64,000 nt of DNA from an uncultured Flavobacteriales bacterium. GTDB lineage: Bacteria; Bacteroidota; Bacteroidia; Flavobacteriales; UBA1820. Below, piece after piece: positions 19,947-29,420 of this stretch. Position numbers and translations under genes: made by a program. The notes below the pieces were generated by a model. The model was not told the DNA's origin. It did not search any database and saw only the letters and a program-made list of their open reading frames with translations. Each line of letters starts with the position of its first letter. Within the stretch, counting starts at the first letter, position 1. Location of the stretch: assembly GCA_902462305.1 (NCBI GenBank), contig CABQBC010000001.1, positions 52,561-116,560 of the forward strand, read 5' to 3'.

Positions 19947-21248
19947 ATGGACAGGACCGTAGCCTTTTACACCCTCGGATGCAAACTCAACTTCGCAGAA
20001 ACATCCACCATCGCCCGCACGTTCGAAGCTGCCGGGTACCGGCGCATGCAATGGGAGGAAAAGGCTGACATATACGTCATCAACACCTGTACCGTAACCG
20101 ACAATGCCGACAAGCGTTTCCGGTACCTGGTACACGGCATCCTAAAACGCAACCCCGAAGCCTACATAATAGCGGTAGGTTGTTACGCCCAGACAAACCC
20201 CGACGAAATAAGCCGTACGGGAGGCGTAGACCTGGTACTAGGCGCGAAGGACAAATTCAAAATAACGGAATACCTCTCGTCGCTAGAAAAGGTACCTGCC
20301 ACTCAGGTACACAGCTGCGACATATCGGAAGTGGACACGTACGACGGGTCTTACTCCCTCTCGGAACGCACGCGCGCTTTTCTCAAAATACAGGACGGAT
20401 GCGACTACCGCTGTACATATTGCACCATACCGCTGGCACGGGGAAAATCCCGAAGCCAGCCGTTGGAAAGCGTAATAGCCAATGCCGAAAAAATAGTGGC
20501 TGCAGGAACCTTTGAAATAGTGCTCACCGGCGTCAACACAGGCGACTGGGGACGCAGGCTGGACACCGGGCAGAAATTTTTCGACCTTGTCAAAGCTTTA
20601 GACAATGTGGAAGGCCTTCGCCGGGTACGCATCTCGTCCATCGAGCCGAACCTTATAACGGACGAAATACTCGAATACATCGCTTCGGGCGACAAATTCA
20701 TGCCGCATTTCCACATACCGCTGCAAAGCGGGTGCGACGACATTCTGCGCGCGATGAAACGCCGCTACCTGACGCCCCTTTACCGCAGCCGCATAGAAAA
20801 AATAAAGGAACTTATGCCGCACGCATGTATCGGCGCGGACGTGATAGTAGGTTTTCCCGGCGAGACCGAGGCGAATTTCGAAGAGACTTACAGGTTTATA
20901 TCGTCGCTCGACGTTTCTTACCTGCACGTATTCACATATTCGGAAAGGGAAAACACTCCGGCATGGTCCATGGCGGGAAGCGTTCCGGGAAAAGTGCGCG
21001 CCAAACGCAGCAAAGTCCTGCACCTTCTGGGCGGGAGGAAAAAAGCGGCGTTTTACCGCAGCCAGCTGGGCTCGGTGCGTCCAGTACTGTTTGAAAGCGA
21101 AAACAAAGACGGGATGATAAGCGGTTTTACCGACAATTATGTCAAGGTACGCCTCCCGTGGGAAGACGGACTAGCAAATACCATACGCAACGTGCGCCTG
21201 GATGGTGCGGATGCGGAAGGGGAGATAACCTGCTCCCTTGTAAAATAA
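19947..21248 (+). CDS. mtaB: tRNA (t6A37) methylthiotransferase MtaB (radical SAM)
   Basis: VAFYTLGCKLNFAETS N-terminal MTTase domain, CDYRCTYCTIP radical-SAM cluster motif and a C-terminal TRAM-like region. Confidence 0.9.
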   Translation: MDRTVAFYTLGCKLNFAETSTIARTFEAAGYRRMQWEEKADIYVINTCTVTDNADKRFRYLVHGILKRNPEAYIIAVGCYAQTNPDEISRTGGVDLVLGAKDKFKITEYLSSLEKVPATQVHSCDISEVDTYDGSYSLSERTRAFLKIQDGCDYRCTYCTIPLARGKSRSQPLESVIANAEKIVAAGTFEIVLTGVNTGDWGRRLDTGQKFFDLVKALDNVEGLRRVRISSIEPNLITDEILEYIASGDKFMPHFHIPLQSGCDDILRAMKRRYLTPLYRSRIEKIKELMPHACIGADVIVGFPGETEANFEETYRFISSLDVSYLHVFTYSERENTPAWSMAGSVPGKVRAKRSKVLHLLGGRKKAAFYRSQLGSVRPVLFESENKDGMISGFTDNYVKVRLPWEDGLANTIRNVRLDGADAEGEITCSLVK

Positions 21249-21336
21249 AAATCATCGCCGATTTATTAAACCTTTTGCGTCTGTTTACGTCTTATCTACA
21301 GAAAACGGAAAACAGGCGGTAACCCAATAGAGAACC

Positions 21337-21900
21337 ATGTTATCGGAAACAGACGACGTACAGATAATGGCTCTTTTCCGCCAGAGCCGCGGACGCGAAA
21401 AGGCATTCGGGCTTGTCGTAAGGAAGTTTTCACGTCCTCTGTACTGTTTTATCCGCAGAATGGTGGCAGGCCATCACGATACGGACGACATACTGCAAAA
21501 CACGTTCATAAAAGCCTGGGACGGGCTTGACAAACTGAAAGAAGACTCCGCTCTCACCTCGTGGATATACCGTATAGCGACCAACGAAACCATGAGCTTT
21601 CTGAAAGAAAAAGCGCGTCTGGCACAGGTTCCGCTAGATGATCTGGACCTGGCCGACACGGAAACGGACGGCATACGCAGCGAGGAAGAAACGGAACGCA
21701 TCAACAGCCTGACCATGCAGGCCATACGCTCACTGCCCAAAATGCAGCAGATGGTATTCTCGATGAAACACTTCGACGGACTGAAATACCGCGAAATAAG
21801 CGAGATACTGGGCACGAGCGAAGGGGCGTTGAAAGCCTCATACCACATCGCGGTGGAAAAAATCCGCCTGTACGTAAACAAAACGGCTGAAAACATCTGA
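21337..21900 (+). CDS. ECF-type RNA polymerase sigma-70 factor
   Basis: 187 aa with region 2 (DDILQNTFIKAW...WIYRIATNE) and region 4 (LKYREISEILGTSEGALKASYHIAVEKI). Confidence 0.9.
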   Translation: MLSETDDVQIMALFRQSRGREKAFGLVVRKFSRPLYCFIRRMVAGHHDTDDILQNTFIKAWDGLDKLKEDSALTSWIYRIATNETMSFLKEKARLAQVPLDDLDLADTETDGIRSEEETERINSLTMQAIRSLPKMQQMVFSMKHFDGLKYREISEILGTSEGALKASYHIAVEKIRLYVNKTAENI

Positions 21901-21926
21901 ACAAACGACATCGCAAGAAGAAAAAA

Positions 21927-22409
21927 ATGGAAACACCGGAAGAAATAAAAGAACCCGTATTTGACATCCCCGAAAACTATTTCGCCGATTTCGAAAGAAG
22001 GATTACGGCAAAAATAGCCGAAAGGGAAAAAGCCGGAAAACGGAAGACCATACGCATGTACGCCGTGAGGATTGCCGCAGTTGCCGCAGTGATGACAGGA
22101 GTTATATTCTCCGTAAAAGTACTCGACCACTCAGATACCGCCCTCTCCCCGGAAATATCGTACACACAGGATGAAATGTCTTACATACTGGCGTCCATAC
22201 AACAGGAGTACACTTCGGAATATACCTCAGCGAACGAAAAACAGACAGCGTCGTTACCAGTGGAATCGGAAACGGTGTCGGATATAATACAGAAAAACAA
22301 CATGAGCGTGATACCCCTTGACGAAGGCAGTTCCTACGCCATAGACCATTCTGCCGTAGAGCAGTACATAACCGACAACTACAATATCATGGAGCTGGCC
22401 ACCCTGTGA
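21927..22409 (+). CDS. Single-pass membrane protein, putative anti-sigma factor partner
   Basis: 160 aa starting 26 nt after the sigma gene, with one TM helix (VRIAAVAAVMTGVIFSV). The function is inferred from position only. Confidence 0.5.
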   Translation: METPEEIKEPVFDIPENYFADFERRITAKIAEREKAGKRKTIRMYAVRIAAVAAVMTGVIFSVKVLDHSDTALSPEISYTQDEMSYILASIQQEYTSEYTSANEKQTASLPVESETVSDIIQKNNMSVIPLDEGSSYAIDHSAVEQYITDNYNIMELATL

Positions 22410-22458
22410 CATTGATATCAATCCCGAACATTTTTCAAGAAATCAAAAATCAAAAAAG

Positions 22459-23583
22459 ATGAAAAGACACATGATAATATCATCCCTGGCATTGGCCGTA
22501 TGTTTTTCAGCTTACGCCCAGGACAAAAAACAAATGCCGACGGAGCATCGTCCATTCGTGTATACCAACCGCTCCGGTGTAACCGCGGACTACTCTTCCG
22601 GAAAAATAGGCTACACTTTGGGGAAAACGGAATACAACGACAGCCTCTTAAAAGTCGCAAAGGCAGCCCAAAAGGAATTTGAAGCCAATCCGTCGTCGCA
22701 GCAGGCCGCCGAAAAACTGATAAAAGCCAAAGTGGAATTATTCGCGCTCGAGAAAAAAATCGAAGCGGACATCAAAAAAACACAGCCCAAGGCTCAGGCC
22801 GAGAAGACAGACCCTAAAATCCTGGCAGAACGCCAGAAAATGAGAGAAGCCGAGGAGGTTATGCGTACTGCCGAAAAGGATTTCAAAAATTCCCCGGATG
22901 ACAAAACAAAACAACAGGCTTATATAAAGTCGCTTACCAGCTATTTAGCAATAAAGAAATCCCTCGAACCCATTGTATTCGTCGACGGAAAACAAGTACC
23001 CTCTATAGCATCCGTCAGCAGGGATAGCATAAAGACATTTAAAATCCTTCCTGTCGAAGAAGCTGTTGAAAAATACGGCGAAAAAGGACGACACGGGGTG
23101 ATAATAATCACCAAAGGCGCTCCCGCACCGCGTAAATCCATAGACGAAATACGGCTTAATTTTTTAGAACGCTCTATAAAAATAAAAGAAAGCCAAAAAG
23201 CCGAATTTGAAAAGATATACAAATCCGTTAACGACCAAATAGAAAAACTGCGCCGCGATTCCCGCGAAGCAGCTAAGAAAACCGAGGGCATGGAAGCCTT
23301 GAACAAGATATTCCAGACCAATATATCGATCGAACAGAAACGCCTTGAAATGTACAAATCGCTGAGTAAAATACTCTCCGAAGAACAACTGGGCAAACTG
23401 TATAAAGCTGACATACAATTCGCGCGCAATATGATGAGCGGCAAATACGGACAGTCCGTCCATACCCAGAGTGCAACCATGCGTACAGAAAGCAAGGACG
23501 GCCAACGCAAATCTCCGGCAGGAGGACCGCAAACACCCGGACAGGGAAACCGTCCCCGTCAGGCACAACCGGAAAGGAAGTAA
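22459..23583 (+). CDS. Secreted Lys/Glu-rich protein with a TonB-dependent-receptor-plug-like segment and a Spy/CpxP-like C-terminal region
   Basis: Signal peptide MKRHMIISSLALAVCFSAYAQ. IVFVDGKQV...YGEKGRHGVIIITK resembles the plug/TonB-box-type segment. The C-terminal half is helical with ...LSEEQLGKLYK. Confidence 0.6.
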   Translation: MKRHMIISSLALAVCFSAYAQDKKQMPTEHRPFVYTNRSGVTADYSSGKIGYTLGKTEYNDSLLKVAKAAQKEFEANPSSQQAAEKLIKAKVELFALEKKIEADIKKTQPKAQAEKTDPKILAERQKMREAEEVMRTAEKDFKNSPDDKTKQQAYIKSLTSYLAIKKSLEPIVFVDGKQVPSIASVSRDSIKTFKILPVEEAVEKYGEKGRHGVIIITKGAPAPRKSIDEIRLNFLERSIKIKESQKAEFEKIYKSVNDQIEKLRRDSREAAKKTEGMEALNKIFQTNISIEQKRLEMYKSLSKILSEEQLGKLYKADIQFARNMMSGKYGQSVHTQSATMRTESKDGQRKSPAGGPQTPGQGNRPRQAQPERK

Positions 23584-23625
23584 AGTAAATTTTTTTTAGT
23601 GCTGTTATAGATGTTTGATAGTAGT

Positions 23626-23673
23626 GAGAGAAAGGGCGGCTGGATTTGATTCCAACCGCCCTTCTCCTTTTTT
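23626..23673 (+). terminator. Rho-independent terminator
   Basis: GAGAAAGGGCGG...CCGCCCTTCTCC followed by TTTTTT. Confidence 0.65.
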
Positions 23674-23697
23674 GCAAATAATATTTCTTACTGTGCA

Positions 23698-26283
23698 TCA
23701 ACCGCACTTCGAGTGCCCGCAACTTTTGCAGATAATGCAACCGTTCTCGTACACCAGGCCGTTCGGATCGCCGCAAACCGGACATTTCTTGTCCGCAGCC
23801 TCCGTGCCGTTCGGTATGTAACGCTTAAGAGCACGCATAACGCCGTTTTTCCACGTATTGATATTATCGTCGTACAGGTGGAGGTTGTTGATCAGTTCCA
23901 CTACATAGTTCAAAGGCATTCCGTGACGCAGGATACCGGATATAAGTATCGCATAGTTCCAGTATTCTTTGTTAAACGAGCGGGAAAGTCCTTCGATAGT
24001 AGTACGGTACCCTTCTTTATCCGTGTATTGAAAATCGTAGCGCGATACCCCGTCTTCGTCCTTTTCCTTTATCACCACGCCTTTTTCAACGTATGACGGC
24101 AGGTTGAACGCATCCTCCATACGGCCGGTGAATATTTCGTACGGGCGGCCGTCCATGATGCCTATCACGGCCAGCCATTTTTCGTATTCGTTCTGGAAAC
24201 GCACAACATCCGCCTCCAGACGTTTCGGGCGGCGTATCAAATCGCGTTCCATAACCAACCCGCCGAGGGCTTTCAGAGCTTTTTCGTCGGATTCTTTCTT
24301 GTCCTTGGAATCTGAGGCAACCAATACTCCGGAACGCGAACCGTCGCGGTAAACGGTTATACCTTTAAGTCCCAGTTTCCAGCTTTGCAGATATATCTCC
24401 CCTACCCTTTCCACACTAACGTCCGATGGCAGGTTGATGGTGGAAGAAATAGAATGTGTCGTGTATTTCTGTACCAGGGACTGCATCTGTACGCGCTTGA
24501 GCCAATCTATCTCGCCGGCCGTAGAACCGGAGTACGGAGATTTGGAAATATCGCTTTGTCCCGTCACCCGCATCCATTTGAGAAGTCCGGGGTGGAACAC
24601 TTCGAATTCCTCGAACGAATCGCCCATGTTGTCCACGTAATCGGCCTTGCCTTCGTAGTTGCCCACTATCTTGCGGCGGCGTTTGTACGAAAGCATAAAT
24701 ACCGGCTCTATCCCGGACGAAGTACGCGTGAGCAGACTTATTGAACCGGTCGGGGCAACTGTCGAAAGGGAAATATTGCGGCGGCCTTCTTTCATCATCC
24801 GTTTGTATATATCGGGGAATTCTTTTTCGAGCATCTGAACGAACTCGGAGGTTTTTTCCCATTTCTTATCGAAACCATCGAACGCACCGCGAGTAACGGC
24901 CATATCTATCGACGAATCGAACTCGCCCTTGAGTTTGGTGCGCATTATGCCATCGACAGCTTCGAGGGCCTCTGGCGAGTCGAACTTGAGGTTGAGCGCG
25001 GCTATGGCATCGGCCAAACCGGTAAATCCCAGCCCGGTACGGCGTCCCTTTTTTCCGGTATCGTACAATAGTTCCCACAGCTCGCGTTCGTTGCGTTTGA
25101 TATAGTCGGGTTCCGGGTCGGAATCCACCTTGGCCAGTATCCTTTCCACGCACTCCAATTCCAGATCCACCAAATCGTCGTTCAGCCTCTGGCCTTCGTA
25201 TGCCACGCGGTAAAATTCGTCGAAATCGAACCTAGCCTTGTCCGTAAACGGATCTTTGACGAACGAATACAGATTTATAGCTATAAGACGGCAGGAATCG
25301 CCGCCCTGCATGGCAATCTCGGAACAGGGGTTGGTAGAAACGTTCCTGTAACCTGGATAAACCGACGATGTGGAATACCAGTGCTGGCGGTCCCAGAAAA
25401 TGATTCCCGGCTCTGCCGTATTGTGAGCCGAGGCTATTATTTTATCCCACAACTCGCGTGCGCGCACCTTACGGTCGTATTTCGGGTCGGGATTGTCGAG
25501 CGGCCAGTGATGCGTGAATTCGGCGTCCAACTCCACAGCCTTCATAAATTCGTCCGAAATACGCACGGATATGTTGGCACCGGTCACTTTCTTAAGGTCC
25601 TGTTTGATCGTTATAAAATCCTCGATATCTGGATGCGCCACATCCATAGTAAGCATCAGGGCTCCGCGGCGTCCGTTTTGCGCCACCTCACGTGTGGTGT
25701 TGGAAAAACGCTCCATGAACGAAACGGCTCCGGTCGTAGTGCCGGCCGCGTTCGATACCACCGAATTTTTAGGACGCAGGCCCGAAATGTCCACGCCTAC
25801 TCCGCAACGGCGCTTAAACAGCTGCACGAGCTGTTCATCGGTGTGGCATATACCGCCATAAGAGTCCTCTACCGACGGAACTACCACACAGTTGGACAGA
25901 GAAGCTATTATCTCTCCATTGCCAAGGGCCGTCATGACGCTGCCCTGCGGCACTATGTAGCGGAACTTGTCGAACAGGGAAAATATTTCTTTTTCACCCA
26001 TTTCAACGCGCGATTTTCCGTAATCCGACAGGCGCTCCTTATCCTTCGCAGGATATTTTTTCTCGATACGCGCGAATTCGGCAGCCATGCGCCGGTGCAT
26101 ATCGGATGGAGATTGTTCGAGCAGACGACCCTCGTTGTCCTTGAGGGCATACTTTTTAACCCACGTGGTTGCGGCCAGCTCATCACCCTCGAAGTATTCC
26201 AGGGCATCGGCCAGAACTTTGTCATAGTCGTAGGTCTTTTGTTTTACCGGGGACGCATCCGTCCCATTGACAGCGGTTTTCAT
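23698..26283 (-). CDS. nrdJ: Class II (adenosylcobalamin-dependent) ribonucleotide reductase
   Basis: 861 aa with the RNR catalytic core (NPCSEI, loop Cys) and a C-terminal CPVCG...CxxCGHSKCG zinc-ribbon-like tail. Confidence 0.93.
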   Translation of the reverse strand: MKTAVNGTDASPVKQKTYDYDKVLADALEYFEGDELAATTWVKKYALKDNEGRLLEQSPSDMHRRMAAEFARIEKKYPAKDKERLSDYGKSRVEMGEKEIFSLFDKFRYIVPQGSVMTALGNGEIIASLSNCVVVPSVEDSYGGICHTDEQLVQLFKRRCGVGVDISGLRPKNSVVSNAAGTTTGAVSFMERFSNTTREVAQNGRRGALMLTMDVAHPDIEDFITIKQDLKKVTGANISVRISDEFMKAVELDAEFTHHWPLDNPDPKYDRKVRARELWDKIIASAHNTAEPGIIFWDRQHWYSTSSVYPGYRNVSTNPCSEIAMQGGDSCRLIAINLYSFVKDPFTDKARFDFDEFYRVAYEGQRLNDDLVDLELECVERILAKVDSDPEPDYIKRNERELWELLYDTGKKGRRTGLGFTGLADAIAALNLKFDSPEALEAVDGIMRTKLKGEFDSSIDMAVTRGAFDGFDKKWEKTSEFVQMLEKEFPDIYKRMMKEGRRNISLSTVAPTGSISLLTRTSSGIEPVFMLSYKRRRKIVGNYEGKADYVDNMGDSFEEFEVFHPGLLKWMRVTGQSDISKSPYSGSTAGEIDWLKRVQMQSLVQKYTTHSISSTINLPSDVSVERVGEIYLQSWKLGLKGITVYRDGSRSGVLVASDSKDKKESDEKALKALGGLVMERDLIRRPKRLEADVVRFQNEYEKWLAVIGIMDGRPYEIFTGRMEDAFNLPSYVEKGVVIKEKDEDGVSRYDFQYTDKEGYRTTIEGLSRSFNKEYWNYAILISGILRHGMPLNYVVELINNLHLYDDNINTWKNGVMRALKRYIPNGTEAADKKCPVCGDPNGLVYENGCIICKSCGHSKCG

Positions 26284-26442
26284 TTGCAGACGATTTTTTT
26301 AAAACCCGGAGCCTTACACCGGGCACGCAGATAAGCGTTATTTATTATAAGTTATTTGTTTTTACAGTGTGTTTTGACTAATTTTCGGTGCTTTCCCAAA
26401 GTCGGCAAGACACTCCCCGCACCGATACATTTCACATGCCGA

Positions 26443-26450
26443 CAAATGTA
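26443..26450 (-). promoter_or_regulatory. Candidate -7 promoter box (TACATTTG on the minus strand) for nrdJ
   Basis: Plus-strand CAAATGTA. It implies a 5' leader of about 150 nt. Confidence 0.3.
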
Positions 26451-26761
26451 AACCAATTACTCATCAAAAGTAAATTTTTTATAAAAAAATTGTGTTTTTA
26501 ACTTTAACAAACGCTTCACAACACTGATTTACACGTGATTACACAATATTAACAAAAAATATTTTTAAAAAATCCGAAAAAATTATTTTTCCGAAAAGAA
26601 AAAAATTTACATCGAAGAACATTATTTTTTTCGCGCAAAACAAACCGAAATACTTTTTTTGTCCGCAAATATTTCTATCGGACAGCGCATATACGAAAAA
26701 TAAAACCGAGGCCATATAAATTTGTCTGCCGACAAACGGTGCAAAACAGCAGGACAATGAT

Positions 26762-26769
26762 TACCTTTG
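26762..26769 (+). promoter_or_regulatory. Candidate -7 promoter box TACCTTTG for rnpA-rnhA
   Basis: Fits TAnnTTTG and ends 34 nt upstream of the rnpA ATG. Confidence 0.35.
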
Positions 26770-26803
26770 CCCTTGAATTAACCGAAATAAATCCCCCAGG
26801 CAA

Positions 26804-27175
26804 ATGCCGGCCACTTTAAACGCCTCGCAAAGGCTGAAAAGCGAAAAACTGATAAAACAGGTGTTCAGGGAGCGAAACAGCGCCCTTAAATACCCGGTGC
26901 GTCTGTTATGGAAAGAACTTCCAGGGGACGGTAAAACTGCAGCCGCTTTTTCCGTATCGAAAAAACACTTTAAACGCGCTGTGGACCGCAACAGGATAAA
27001 ACGTCTGTTAAGGGAAGCGTACCGCACGCAAAGGGATTCGTTCACCGCATCGGTCGATGCGCCTTACGCATTCGTATTCCTTTACGTTTCGGACCGTTTG
27101 CCCGATTACAAGCAAGTGTGCGAATGCGTAGCCTCGGTAATGGAAAAATGGAGGGATGCAACCGAAGGCAAATAA
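26804..27175 (+). CDS. rnpA: Ribonuclease P protein component
   Basis: 123-aa basic protein with a KKHFKRAVDRNRIKRLLREAYR RNR-type motif. Confidence 0.9.
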   Translation: MPATLNASQRLKSEKLIKQVFRERNSALKYPVRLLWKELPGDGKTAAAFSVSKKHFKRAVDRNRIKRLLREAYRTQRDSFTASVDAPYAFVFLYVSDRLPDYKQVCECVASVMEKWRDATEGK

Positions 27176-27184
27176 CACAAAAGC

Positions 27185-27658
27185 ATGAAAATAACGGTAT
27201 TTACTGACGGATCATCGCGCGGGAACCCCGGCCCCGGCGGTTACGGGATAATAATGTGTGCCCCGGAACACAACTACCGCAAGGAATTCAGTGCCGGATA
27301 CCGCCTTACGACCAATAACCGCATGGAACTGCTGGCCGTGATAGTATCGCTCGAAAACCTCCGCTCAAAAGGACATAAGGTGGACATTTATTCCGATTCA
27401 AAATATGTGGTCGATTCCGTAAATAAAGGCTGGCTGGCCGGATGGGTGGCAAAAGGATTTAAAGACAAGAAAAACCCCGACCTCTGGCGGCGTTACATAG
27501 AGGCCGCCAAAGGGCAATACGTTAGTTTCCACTGGATAAAAGGCCATAACGAACATCCGGAGAACGAACGCTGCGATGCCCTGGCCGTAGCTGCGGCCAC
27601 GGGTCAGGCCGGACCTCTGCTCAGGGATACAGGTTTCGAAACCGGACAAGCGGGATAA
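27185..27658 (+). CDS. rnhA: Ribonuclease HI
   Basis: 157 aa with FTDGSSRGNPGPGGYG, TNNRMEL, DSKYV and HNEHPENERCDALA catalytic DEDD residues. Confidence 0.95.
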   Translation: MKITVFTDGSSRGNPGPGGYGIIMCAPEHNYRKEFSAGYRLTTNNRMELLAVIVSLENLRSKGHKVDIYSDSKYVVDSVNKGWLAGWVAKGFKDKKNPDLWRRYIEAAKGQYVSFHWIKGHNEHPENERCDALAVAAATGQAGPLLRDTGFETGQAG

Positions 27659-27728
27659 TACACCCAGAATTCCCGGCATACACGAACAGCTTTTATCTCA
27701 TTCACTCCGGGGCATTCCTAATTTTTCA

Positions 27729-27736
27729 TACATTTG
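27729..27736 (+). promoter_or_regulatory. Candidate -7 promoter box TACATTTG
   Basis: Fits TAnnTTTG and ends 38 nt upstream of ATG 27775. Confidence 0.45.
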
Positions 27737-27774
27737 AAAGGACGGACCGAATTTAACTCCGCCAGTATGATATT

Positions 27775-28785
27775 ATGAAAATAAATAAAGTTATTTATTG
27801 GACCGTCGGCATCGCGGCGGCAATAACGGTCGTTTACTTAGCCGGACCTAAAGTGGAGAAAGCGCGTATGTCGCTCGAATTTCCCGGCGTTCCGCCCACT
27901 CTGGAAAGCATACAGGACAGTATAGAACGCTCTGAAAACGCCCGCAGCGACATAAAACCGGGCAACCGTTCCGAAATATTCTGGTACGGAGACACTTTGA
28001 CGCAAACCGATTATGCGGTAGTCTACCTGCACGGATACAGCGCCTCGAAATACGAAGGCATCCCGGTAGCAACCGACTATGCGCGCCGCTTTGGCATGAA
28101 CCTTTACATGCCCCGGTTGGACGAACACGGACTCGAAACACCCGAACCGTTGATGAATATGACAGCCGACGGATTGTGGGAGAGTGCGAAAAACGCTTTG
28201 GCCGTAGGAGAAAAACTGGGAAAAAAAGTGATACTGATGAGCACATCCACCGGCGGTACGCTTGCCATTTACCTGGCAGCCATGTATCCTGAAAAAGTGA
28301 CGGCTCTTATAAATTTTTCCCCCAACATATTGCCCGCCAACAAAGGAATAAGCCTTTTGAGCGGCCACTGGGGACTGCAGATAGCACGGGCGGTACAGGG
28401 CGGAAAATATGTGCGCGTGGATTCGGCTTTCTACCATCCGGAACAATGGAGCGAAGGGCCGAGGCTGGAATCGACCGTACAACTCCAGGCTTTGATAGAC
28501 GCCACGATGAATGCCGAAACATTTTCCAAAGTGAAAGCGCCGTGCCTGACACTGGCCTACTACAAAGACAAGGACAATCAGGACCCTACGGTAAGAGTGG
28601 AAAAAATACGTTGGATGAACAGCCTTCTCGGCACACACGATGGGGAAAAAGTCTACGTGGAACTGCCCGGCGTAGGAGTACATCCCATGGCATCAGGTAT
28701 CGTATCGAAAGATATACCGGCCGTTGAGAACCAAGTCAACGAATTCACTCAAAACATCCTTGGAATACATCCGGTAGAAGATTAA
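27775..28785 (+). CDS. Alpha/beta hydrolase (membrane-anchored or secreted)
   Basis: 336 aa with an N-terminal hydrophobic anchor, HGYSAS oxyanion region and a nucleophile-elbow-like MSTSTGG. Confidence 0.8.
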   Translation: MKINKVIYWTVGIAAAITVVYLAGPKVEKARMSLEFPGVPPTLESIQDSIERSENARSDIKPGNRSEIFWYGDTLTQTDYAVVYLHGYSASKYEGIPVATDYARRFGMNLYMPRLDEHGLETPEPLMNMTADGLWESAKNALAVGEKLGKKVILMSTSTGGTLAIYLAAMYPEKVTALINFSPNILPANKGISLLSGHWGLQIARAVQGGKYVRVDSAFYHPEQWSEGPRLESTVQLQALIDATMNAETFSKVKAPCLTLAYYKDKDNQDPTVRVEKIRWMNSLLGTHDGEKVYVELPGVGVHPMASGIVSKDIPAVENQVNEFTQNILGIHPVED

Positions 28786-28849
28786 CCGAAATCAATCCGT
28801 TGCAGGATAACCTCCGGCAATTATACGCACATAAACCGAAAAAGATTTA

Positions 28850-29413
28850 TCACTCTGCCGATGTGTCATCGGAAGAAACATAGCCGTTGGTCATGGCATA
28901 AAACGTAAGTCCCGAAACGGTCTTGATGCCTAGTTTTGCCGTTATGTTCTTCCGGTGTGTGAGCACCGTATTGAAACTTATGGAAAGCCTGTCGGCTATT
29001 TCCTTGTTTATGGCGCCTGAAACTATGAGCTTCAACACCTGCACTTCCCTGGCCGATAATTCCTTATGATGCTCCACAACAGGCTGGCGTCCATCGCCGC
29101 AGCCAAGAAAACGCCTCACCGCGTGTATAAGTTCATGCTGGGGAGCGGACGTATCGAGTATTCCGGCATTATCGGATTCCGGTTTGCCGCACATTACAGC
29201 CACCGTGCCGGACACACCGGAAAACCATTCGCGAGAGACCGCGAATATCTCTTCGGATACGAAATAACAATCGTACCGCATATCCCTGCAATCATCCGTA
29301 CAAGTCATGACATCCGTCTCCACCGGTTGGAAATAGGCGGCAAGAAGACCCTGCAACCCAAGTCCTGAAAGCGTATCGGCAGTTATGACTGCTATTTTTC
29401 TGGGAGTGCGCAT
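28850..29413 (-). CDS. LuxR-type HTH transcriptional regulator with a degenerate receiver-like N-terminal domain
   Basis: C-terminal LSAREVQVLKLIVSGAINKEIADRLSISFNTVLTHRKNITAKLG. The N-terminal ITADTL stands in place of the usual acidic DD pocket. Confidence 0.8.
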   Translation of the reverse strand: MRTPRKIAVITADTLSGLGLQGLLAAYFQPVETDVMTCTDDCRDMRYDCYFVSEEIFAVSREWFSGVSGTVAVMCGKPESDNAGILDTSAPQHELIHAVRRFLGCGDGRQPVVEHHKELSAREVQVLKLIVSGAINKEIADRLSISFNTVLTHRKNITAKLGIKTVSGLTFYAMTNGYVSSDDTSAE

Positions 29414-29420
29414 AAGAGTT

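Noticed and set aside
26284-26450. Cobalamin riboswitch or NrdR box upstream of nrdJ
   Set aside because: I could find no B12-box-like core (GCCACTG-type) or 16-bp NrdR palindrome by eye. B12 riboswitches usually repress B12-independent isozymes rather than the B12-dependent RNR. A covariance-model scan would settle it.
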